From contig CAWDOY010000009.1 in assembly GCA_963803975.1 (NCBI GenBank), positions 1 through 64,000 on the forward strand: a DNA stretch of 64,000 nucleotides. Direction: 5' to 3'. Shown here one piece after another: positions 40,504 to 50,276 of the stretch. A program made the position numbers and the translations under genes. How positions within the stretch are numbered: position 1 is the first letter of the stretch; every line of letters begins with the position of its first letter. The notes under the pieces were generated by a model, which was not told the DNA's origin, made no database searches, and saw only the letters and a list, made by a program, of their open reading frames with translations. The DNA comes from an uncultured delta proteobacterium. GTDB taxonomy: Bacteria > Desulfobacterota > WTBG01 > CAIYCZ01.

Positions 40504-43500
40504 TCATATTATAAGATTGCAGACCAACCATGGAGGCCAAGTAACCGGATATGGTCCATTCTCTGATAGCATGTTGACATAACATCCAAAAGCATTACTG
40601 TTACTATGATAAAACATTTGCAACCTTATGCATACTACAACATTAAGATTACAATATTTACAATAAGGGTCCTCTCCACATCGTTTTTCATAATTTGTCC
40701 ATGATTTTTCGCACATTTAAATGCCGTAAAACACATATCATGATCATTGCAACAACTTCTAATGCATTTTGTTTCAAATATATTTGGCACTCTATCACAA
40801 CCCGACTTTTGTGAAGCAAAAGGCCTCTCTGGATCAATTTTTATAGTGGGATTATTCTCTGCGTATACATATGGCAGGAGTTTATTGGGAACGAGAGGGA
40901 AAATAGGAGCTACAAAATAACTTTTGCTATTTTGCATAAAAAGTAAACGCAACGGATCACTCGTCACATACCTCCCCGTCCTCGGATCATAGTATCGGTG
41001 CCAGTTATAGTGCAGCCCGCTTTCTTCGTCATAGTACTGCCCCGGGAAGCGGAAGTTGTTGGTGACGGTGGATGACAGATCAACTTGCGCTTCGCCAAAC
41101 GGGTCATAGGCTGCCTTCCACACAACGTTCCCTCCAGCATCGGTCATGGCCAACGGTGTCCCCAGGTGGTCATTGTGATAATAAAAAATATTATCACTGC
41201 CGTCAATCATCGCAAGCCTGTTCCCGCCTGCATAGACATAGCCTGCAATCAGGCTTCCCATTCGCCGCAGTTTCCGCAATAAGATTTCCCTCCAGGTCAT
41301 AGTGATATATCGTCGTCTTCCCCGCTGCCACTTTCTTCACCCGCTGCCTTTTGCATTATATAGATATTCGCCCCGCACTGACCCGTTCTCAACTGTTATG
41401 AAGCTGATTATTGGCATTAAAGGAATAGCTATACTATGCCGTCAGCGGTGATATTGCCGTTTGCATCATGGGTGTAGGGGATGACGCTTCTCCCGTTATC
41501 AATTGATGCGATCAGGTCTTTCCCTGATGAATACGTATAAGTATCACTTCCGGTATAAATCACCGGCCGGGGCAGTGTATCAAGCTGGTTGATAGAGCGT
41601 ATATTGCCGCTGAAATCATGGGCATAGGTCCTGTTGACAACGGTTCCCGCCTGAATTCCCTTAATCTGATATTTGGTATCACGGCTCACGGTTGTCTGAA
41701 TATTCCCGGCAGAAAAGTTCATTGTCTTAAATTCACCGAACGGTTCATAACTGAATCCTGCAGCTATTGTTTCTCCATTCAGAGCAACGCTTGCGATATT
41801 TCCGATCGCGTCACGCTGGTAAGCTACCACGGTACCCTGAGGATAGGTAATTTTCGTCAGAGCATTGTTCCTGTTATACTCATAGCGGGTTACATAGTTC
41901 GTGCCGCCGATGGTGGCGCGCTGCTCTACAACGCTGCCCCGCTCATCATACTCATACCGCGTTGTACCGGAAGCATCAGTCACCGTGGTCATTCTGCCCG
42001 CGCCATTTTGCACATCAGCTTCATCATAGATATATGTAATGTCCGGCTCATCAGGATTATCAATTCTTGATCAATCTGTTAAGCGCGTCATATTCATAGC
42101 TGACGGTGACGCCCTTTGCATCGGTTTTCGTCTTCACATTGCCTGCTTCATCATAGGTATACTCTGTGCTGCCCGTATCAGGAGAATTGATTGCAGTCAC
42201 TCTCCCGAAATCATCGTAGGTATAGCGGGTAACTTTTCCTTCCGCGTCCTTCACCATGGTAAGATTATCGTGAGCATCATAGTCGTATTCAGTGCGTGCT
42301 TCCTGCGGCGCCCCCTCAGCCTGCACAACGGTTTTTAATCGGTTGAGCTCATCATACAGGTAGGAGGTGCTTATATTATCAGGCACAGTCATCATAAGGC
42401 TGCGGTTGCCGTTAGCATCATAGGAAATGGCACTATAAGAATTATCCGGGTTCTTTATTTTATTCACACGGTTAAACTGGTCATATTCAAAATCAAGGTA
42501 TTTCCTTAATGCGCCCTGCGGATCGCGGATCTCTTCCCGCGTTTTATTCCCGGCATCATCATAGGAATAGGACATATAATTTCCCAGATTATCGGTAATT
42601 TTTACCAGGCGGTTCGCGTTGTCATACGCATAATCAACCTTGTTCCCCTCCGGCATTGTTACGGAAGAAATGTTGCCATTGGCATCATAGGCATAGGTGG
42701 TGACGCGGGAGCCAATGGTGACTGTTTTGATCCGGTTTGCATAGTCATAGGTGTAGCTGGTGACAACGCCATTCAAATCAGTAACGGAACCCACGTTGTG
42801 GTTCGCGTCATACCCTGAATAGGTGACCACGCCGCTCGGAGTTGTGACGGAGGTGAGATAGCCCTTTGACCGGATCATAGGCATTAACCGTCACGTCCTG
42901 AACATCTGTTCTCGGCCCGTTTGTCTGAGTAAGCTGCCCGTGATCATTATACTGATGCGTCGTGGTATAGGAAGCCAGCTGCCCGCGGGAATACCCCTGT
43001 ACCGTCTCAGACAGCAGATTGCCCGCAGCATCATACTCATAGGTTGTCACTTTGCGGCGGGCCGGATTGTCAGCGCCGGGCTCGCTCATGGTCAGAATTT
43101 TATTAAAGACCGGGTGATAGGTATAGGTGACGGTCCGCTCAAGCGGGGTATTCTTTGCTTCGGTTCTCGTGAGCATGTTTCCCCGCTCGTCATAGGTCAT
43201 CCCGGTGATCACGCCGTTTGCATCAATGCTGCGCCTGATATTCCACTTCTCATCAAAATCATAGTGCGTTGCGGATGCTCCGCAGGATGAACAGCCGCCA
43301 CTGGTTTTCCCGGTCTTCTCGATGAGCCAGCTCTCGCCGTTGAATTCATTTCCCTGGCTGATGATTACCGTCTCCCTGCCGCCCCGTGAATCAGTGGTGA
43401 CCACCATGCTCTCATCATGTATAGACTTCATCTATCGCCACGTTGTCTATATAGATATCGCTCACGCTGGCCGTGCGCCTGGACGATGACCGAATCCAGT

Positions 43501-45173
43501 CGGCCTGCTGCGCGCTTGAACAGATATTTACCGGCGTATTCGCAGTCCAGCCAGATTTCAAAATACTGATACCCGTGGTCCAGCCGCGTATCCGCTTCGA
43601 TTTCAACCCGGTGCCACGTGCCAGCCGCCACGCTGCTGCGGATAAACTCCCGCAGTTCTTCCCCGCCGTTCACCAGTTCTGAATACAGGTTGCGCTCTTT
43701 GGTAAAGGTAAGTGTTACCCCGTATTCATCACTCCCCCTGGTGCTGTCAAAAACCTTGACCCGGAAGTCCTGGTTCGTCGCTGGCGCAACCCACAGGTCA
43801 AAGGAAAGCTTCAGTGCCGCAACACCGCCCGCCTCGCTGGTAAATCTGATGCTTCCCGGATGCAGCCGCACTGCGCTGTTGCCGCTGTGGCTGGGGTCAG
43901 GATCATCCGCCTGGTTAACCGTTCCGGTCACCGCTGCCCACTGAGGGCTGATGCCGGCCTGAAAATCATCTGCGAACAGCGCGCGCTCCGGCGCGTAGTC
44001 AATCTCCACGCTCCCGGTACCGCCGGCATTGCTTTTACTGATAATGCGCCCCTGCCGATCATAGCCGTACGTGGCGACAATATTGTCATTGTCGTCAATC
44101 ACTCTGGTGAGATTGTGTGGCTCATCGGGATCAGAGTAAATAAACTGTTTTCTTGAGCCGTCCGGATAACTAATTACCGCCAGGTTTTCATTCTCATATA
44201 AAAAGACGTGCTGGCTGCCGTTCGGGTCGGTGGCGGTTTTCAGGTGGTTATCCTCATAGGTAAACCGCAGTTCCCTGCCATGGTCATCGGCAGCCTTCTG
44301 CAGCAGCCCGTCCGTGGTATAGGTCAGGGTCAGCGTGTTATTGCTGAGGTCCGCTACGCTCGCAAGCCTGCCGCTACTGTTGTATGTGTAGCGCGTGCCG
44401 TCCCTCAGCGTTGATATAAACACCGCGCCCTGTTTGCGCAATATGCTTCTGTCATAGGGTGCCGACTCATAGGTCCCGTCACCGCGTGAATGATAGACCC
44501 AGCCGAATCCGGTTTCACCCCGTATGGTAACAGTGCCCGAGGATGAATTTTCATGGAGGGTGAGCATATACGTATGCGACCAGCCCTTCCCCATGCCCCG
44601 GTCAAGCTGCAGCTTATTATTATAGTGAATCTCAAACTGCGGTGCCGGGCTGTGTGGCGCTAATTTCATCAGGGTGAGCATAAAGCCGCCACCGCCGCCT
44701 CCTCCACTGCCGGGACCACCGCCGCCAGGACCGCCGCCGCCAAGACAGCACATATCTTTAGGGCAGTCAGGAGGTGGAAACCCGCCGCCATCAGGAGAGC
44801 ACGTAGTATAATATTCATCCGAGCAATAAATGCGTGTGCCATGATGCATTTCCTGGCACTGCGCCATGCTGTCGTAAGCGCAGAGGTCAATGGGAAAGCA
44901 GGTGGGCTGGCAGAGGCATGAGTCACCCCCGCAGTCATACTGCCGTTCATACGCGGCATATTTTATAAACGGATACCCGTAGAGTTCGCCCACCCACGGT
45001 TCGCACCACTGTTCCACATATACCGGCATGTAGGGGGCCCGGTTACAGCTGTTGCCGAGGCAGGCAGAAGGGAAATCAACCAGGTAGGGACAATCCCCGG
45101 CTGCCCTGGAGGAGAAGCCAAAGACAGATAATAATATTATGAGCGCTGCTGTTCTGTTAAATGTTCGCACCAT
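40504..45173 (-). CDS. Rhs/YD-repeat polymorphic toxin with Sec-type signal peptide and PLA2-like tip (multiple frame changes)
   Basis: Consecutive YD-repeat ORFs; core YYHNDHLGTP...FPGQYYDEESGLHYNWHRYYDPRTGRY...NNP...IDP; tip CCNDHDMCF. Confidence 0.88.
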
Positions 45174-45184
45174 ATTCTGTTCTG

Positions 45185-47870
45185 TTAATCGCAGTTTGTT
45201 TTCAGCGTTTTCCTGAACGCACCCGCGCCACCCATTACTCTCAGCGATCTATTCACTGCTGCGGCCGGGCCATAGCGGTTCGTGGCGCCGCCGGTCTCAA
45301 CTTCCTCCAGCAAATACTGCCAGCGATTGCCCGGCCGCGGCGGAACATCAGTATAGGAGTACCGGGCACCGGTTGTCGCACTGCCCTGTGCCGGGATCAG
45401 TGACGTATTAATTTTCTGATAATCGCCCTGTACCGCTGACTTGCGATACAGGTTAAACCCCGCGGTTCTATTCTCCGTCTCAGTCTCCCACTGTATAATG
45501 ACCCCCATTTGCGTGGGGGTTGCGCTGAAGCGCGAAACCTTAACAGCAGTGGGAGGCGCCTGACCGGTTTTATTAACCGCGAGCCGGTTTCCTACCCGGT
45601 CATAGGCATAGGTGATCGCTGAGCCGTCCGGATACAGCGCAGCGATGAGCCGCCCCAGAGCGTCATAGCGATAGGTTACCGCATTATCTGCGGGCTCCTG
45701 ATTTCCCGCAATAAAGAACCCGACCCGCACAATATCGGTGTAGACAGCGTCTGCGGTATGCACTTCAAGCCTGACCGTGGCAACAGGCTGATCAATGCCG
45801 GTCGTGTCCCACGCTGCCAGCTCCGCATTGAGCCGTGAACTGTAGACCGGACCGCTGATTGATACCCACGAGGCGGGATTTTCTCCGCTGCCGTATTGTA
45901 CCTCATAATACTGGCCTGCTCCCGGCTGGGCAGTGCCGGCTATAATGATTTTAGAACCGGGGGTGAAGAGGCTTCCTGAAACAGGCTGATTAATCCGAGC
46001 GACGGTCTGATTGCCGAGCATGAGCATGCCACGGACCGGCGCTGCCACCCCCGAACTGTTTTCCGCTTCAATCCGGTAAAAGCAGGGGCCGCTTACCACG
46101 CCGCCGCCCGTGCCCGTGCCGTTCCAGATGACCGCGTCACCCGCGCTGGTTCCGGTTGTTGACCAGAGGGTTTCCAACTGCTGGTTTATAATGCTCAGCG
46201 TCCAGGTGGCTGCCTGGGAAAGCGCAAAAGAAATCGTGGTGTGCCCGGTCAGCGGCTCAAACTGCTTCGGGCTCGCGCTGGCAGAGGTGACCCTGAGGGG
46301 CTCGGTGAACTCTTCTTCCAGCCAGGGCTCGTAGCGCACGGTGCTTGAAACCACCGCGGAGGAGCAGAAATCATCGCCTGGGCCGTTTGGGGTGCCCCAG
46401 AAATTAAGCTCCGCGCTGACCGTTTTTTTATTATGCTGATCAATAATATCGTAGAGTGAATTTGCAGTAGAAATTCGAGTTGTGAATCAACACTGAACCG
46501 GCATTCTGGCCATAGAATCGAATCCCGTCGCTTTTACTGTAGCGGATGGTGCTGTGCTGCAGGGTGGATGCCGAGGGTACGCACTCATTAAAAACCAGCG
46601 CAGCATCCAGTTGAGTGGTTGCATTCTGTTCTTTGTGTTCTCCGGCATATTCCACCGTACAGTAATCAAGTCGGCTGTTTTCAGCGCTGGGACTCCAGGT
46701 AAAGCTAATGCCGTCCCAGTACTGGCCGGGGCTGATAGCGGTCAGGACAACAGGGTGCGCCTTGGTACCCTGGGCATTGAGGATGCCCCATCGTTTCTGG
46801 TATGTTGTTCCCCCGCCCAGATTCAAACCCAGGCCGGGACTGAATTTAACGATTGTTCCCGGTTCAATGGTGAGCGTCAGGGTCTTTCCGGCGCTGTCAG
46901 GGATTGTTATATCCTTCTCCCGCACCAGGTAGGGGATACCAAAGTTGTGCCAGGTTATGTTCTCAAAAATGTTGCGGCCGATTACTTCAATTGCCTGCTG
47001 GCCGTTATCGGAAAACGTATTATCTGCAGCAATGCGCATGATTGCAAGAACGCGCAGAGGATACGAGCCGTTCTCTACAAAACGATTGCCTGCGCCAATA
47101 TCAGGGTTGCAGTTATATCCTGAACAATACAGCCCATACGTCCCGTTGCGGGAGATTTCACAATTCTGAAGCACGGGGGAGCATACACCGGTTACACTGC
47201 TCCCGCTCTGAGACTCTAAACTAATTCCCACCTCTTGATTATTGGTAATAATAGAATTGCTGATCTGTCCGCCGGCATGGATAGTATCACCACTGGCAAA
47301 ATAAAAGCCGTTATGCAAACTGTTATGGATAGTGCAGTACTCTATTAGAACATATGAGCACCGATTTATGACATTGGCCTTACCATTTTCGTTATAGCTA
47401 TCCGGTGCAGCGCCATACTCAATAACGCAGTGACTCAATTTATTATACAGTCCCGCACATTGTCCTGTCGGCGGTAACCACATGAAGGATATTCCCTTCC
47501 AATACTGGCCGGCAACATTTGTGGTGAATGTGATGGGGTATTTGTCACTTCCCTGAGCTATGAGGAATCCATATTCTTTATTAGAAAAATTTCGTCCTAT
47601 TCGCATCCCCTTCCCTGGATTGAATTTAATAATAACAGGGGCTTCACCGCCGCCGGTAAGGGCTGTAGTAATCGTGAGGGTGGCACAATTAATTAAACTG
47701 ATATCAGAGGTGACAATGTAGGGGCTGCCGTCAGGCGTCCAGGTTTGATTGGAGGAGTAGGTCCCTCCCACGTTGGTCGGGCCGGCTGCGTAGGCTGTCG
47801 AGGAAAACAGCAGCAGGAAACAGATTAGTAACTTCTGAAAAAATACAGAAACCCTGAATGCTTTATGCAT
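45185..47870 (-). CDS. Large secreted protein: right-handed beta-helix + FlgD-like Ig + YD hairpin + C-terminal Ig-like domain (frame changes near 46350-46460)
   Basis: Signal ending AYA; WTPDGSPYIV and I.NN...GI repeats; SASPKQFEP...VIWNG; YRYDALGRL; WETETE...GFNLYR. Confidence 0.75.
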
Positions 47871-47965
47871 GCAGCGCACCGGTAAGAATTATCGCCAATT
47901 TTTTGCAGATCCCGTTGAGTAGCAGTATGCCTGTCCCAATGGCTGCAAAAAGAAATGCCTGCTGG

Positions 47966-48598
47966 CTATCTCTCCATGATGCTTTCTATCTGAATATCCC
48001 GTGAGAGCGTTACGATGTGGGTCCAGTTCTTGTTATATTTTTTCCCCAGCTCACGCGGGTCTTCGATCTTTCCGTCAAGCTCAAAGTTTGAAAACACATC
48101 TCCGTCCCGCGTCACAAACACCAGGTGTCCCTGCCGGTAGGTGTCCTTGAATTCCAGAATGTCATAGATGGTGCCGGGCATGAGCGCCGCGCACAGCCAC
48201 GCGCTGTCATCGCAGTCGCCGTACATTTTCACGCACGTCGCCCACGGCTGGGTGATGGTATCGAGTTTGCCCCCCGCCGGGTCCTGCTTATAGGAAAACA
48301 TGTTCAATGCCTGGCCAAGCGCTCTGGGCCCGGCTTCAGCCGCCATTTTGAGCTGGTTGAGCTTTGATTCTCCCAGGGCCTTTTGCCCGCCGTAGAGCTG
48401 CTCGTCAATGTCCACCTTGGCAAGAGACGCCGTCCGCCACAGGCTCATGAGCACCCTGATCTGCAACTCATAGGTTGCCTCCACAACTTCCGGAGGGACT
48501 TTGGGCTTTGCTGTGCGGTGCTTTTTATGCCCGCCGACACCACCGCATCCGCACAGTATTATAGATAAAATGATTATTGTAAGCGCTGTATGTTTCAT
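47966..48598 (-). CDS. Lipoprotein with transglutaminase-like cysteine-protease motifs
   Basis: Lipobox LCGC; GDCDDSA and GHLV motifs. Confidence 0.65.
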   Translation of the reverse strand: MKHTALTIIILSIILCGCGGVGGHKKHRTAKPKVPPEVVEATYELQIRVLMSLWRTASLAKVDIDEQLYGGQKALGESKLNQLKMAAEAGPRALGQALNMFSYKQDPAGGKLDTITQPWATCVKMYGDCDDSAWLCAALMPGTIYDILEFKDTYRQGHLVFVTRDGDVFSNFELDGKIEDPRELGKKYNKNWTHIVTLSRDIQIESIMER

Positions 48599-49006
48599 AT
48601 ATCCATAATTTGCCATAATAATGTATCGCTATAAAAAATAACTGATTATATTTTATTTTCTTATTTGACAAAGTCTTACCTATCATGAGCTTTTAATATA
48701 AGTCAATCACTTATTAGTTCCTGTAGAAAATTATTTGCTCTTTATGGTCAGTAATTATTTTATATGTATATAAAAATATATTTTGACATTTAAAAACTGA
48801 ATATATAGTGTTTTAGTGTGTTGCTCAAATGCTGCATTAGAATGCAGCCCTGTAGAGATGGTCTATGCCAGGCAGCAGGGAGGGGCTGAGTAAGCATGAA
48901 TCTTGGGGGAGAAATTTTAAACCTGCTGAGAAGAAAATATTCTGTAATGTCACAGAGGCATTTGTGTTAAAATATATATAGATATAGAGCTGCCATAGAT
49001 GTGTGC

Positions 49007-49936
49007 ATGAAACAGTTTAATTTTCACAGACAAATATCACCGCTTTTTTTACTGCTGACTCTGCTGGCACTCATAACCGGCTGTGCCACAAAGAGAGAAC
49101 AGACAATAGTGCCGGCCTACCCCGGCCTCTATACGGGTGCGGCGTTGCCTGGAGAAGGTGAAACAATATTTGATCGTGAAGCGGCGGACGACTTCATCTT
49201 CGACACCCCTCAGCCGGAACAGACAGACACCTGTTCAGGCACTGCCGGCAGGGAAGCCCCCTATTATGGCCCAGCCGGATGGCGCTATACCCCCTATTAC
49301 GGTTATGGCCGCACCTTTGACCCGTTCGACCCGTATTACTGCGACCCGTTCCTGGGCGAGCCGTTCTGCTCCAGTTACAAATCGTTCCACGACCCGTACT
49401 GGTATTATTATAATGCGTACTTCTATCCCTATCAGCCCTACTACCCATTCTATCCCTATTTCCCCTATTACGGCTACTATTACTATGATGATGATGACGA
49501 TCACCATCACAAAAGAGGCTTCTGGCATAGTCTTAAGCACCGGGCTGACGAGCGCAAAGACGCCCGCGATAACCGGGTCAATGAATGGCGCGAAAAAAGA
49601 AAAGACGCGTGGGATGAAATTCAGGATGCCATCCGCGACCGGCGCGACGCGCGCATGGAGCAGTGGCAGGGCATCAGGGACCGGGCGCAAGACCAACGCG
49701 AGGAGCGTGTAGAGCACTTGCAGGATTTCCGCGGCCGCGTGCAGGACCGCGTCCGGGAGATGGGAGAAGAGCGCAGGGAGCGCTGGGACAATTTTTCCAA
49801 CAATGCGGGGAACGCGTTTTCAAGGATTGGGGAGCAGCGGCAGGAGCGGATAGAACAACGGCGGGACTTCTTTAAAGAGCGCGGCCTGCTCCGCAATGAT
49901 AATCACCAGCCCCTTGTTAATCGGGGCGATAACTAA
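49007..49936 (+). CDS. Lipoprotein with a Tyr/Pro-rich segment and a charged coiled-coil tail
   Basis: Lipobox ITGC; YPYQPYYPFYPYFPYY; DDDDDHHH; R/E/D/Q-rich helical repeats. Confidence 0.7.
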   Translation: MKQFNFHRQISPLFLLLTLLALITGCATKREQTIVPAYPGLYTGAALPGEGETIFDREAADDFIFDTPQPEQTDTCSGTAGREAPYYGPAGWRYTPYYGYGRTFDPFDPYYCDPFLGEPFCSSYKSFHDPYWYYYNAYFYPYQPYYPFYPYFPYYGYYYYDDDDDHHHKRGFWHSLKHRADERKDARDNRVNEWREKRKDAWDEIQDAIRDRRDARMEQWQGIRDRAQDQREERVEHLQDFRGRVQDRVREMGEERRERWDNFSNNAGNAFSRIGEQRQERIEQRRDFFKERGLLRNDNHQPLVNRGDN

Positions 49937-50117
49937 TAATGGCAGCGGGAACGGACTCTTCAACGGCGGCGTATTGCGCGGCTGGGGCGGCAGGCGGTAA
50001 CAGCGGTGACTTGTTGGAAAAGAAAATATGGCAGATAAAAGAAGAGCGCAAAGGTTGCGCAAACGCCTGACAGCTGAACGCGCCTGCGGGAAATTTTAGT
50101 TTAAGCCAGATACCCCA

Positions 50118-50152
50118 AAGGCGGAGCCGTTGCTGGCTCCGCCTTATTTTTT
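50118..50152. terminator. Intrinsic terminator between convergent genes
   Basis: AAGGCGGAGCC-gttgct-GGCTCCGCCTT-ATTTTTT. Confidence 0.8.
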
Positions 50153-50276
50153 GATATTATTGTAATCCGATAGTCATGGTCATCGTCAATGCAGTCCTCT
50201 TTGCCATGCTTGTGCCTGGATTAAATATCTACTGAGCATCGGTTTTTTCAAGCTCTCAAAAATTACTGCTTTTAGC

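Noticed and set aside
44660..44745. CCG-rich tandem repeat
   Set aside because: It simply encodes the poly-Gly linker of the Rhs protein.
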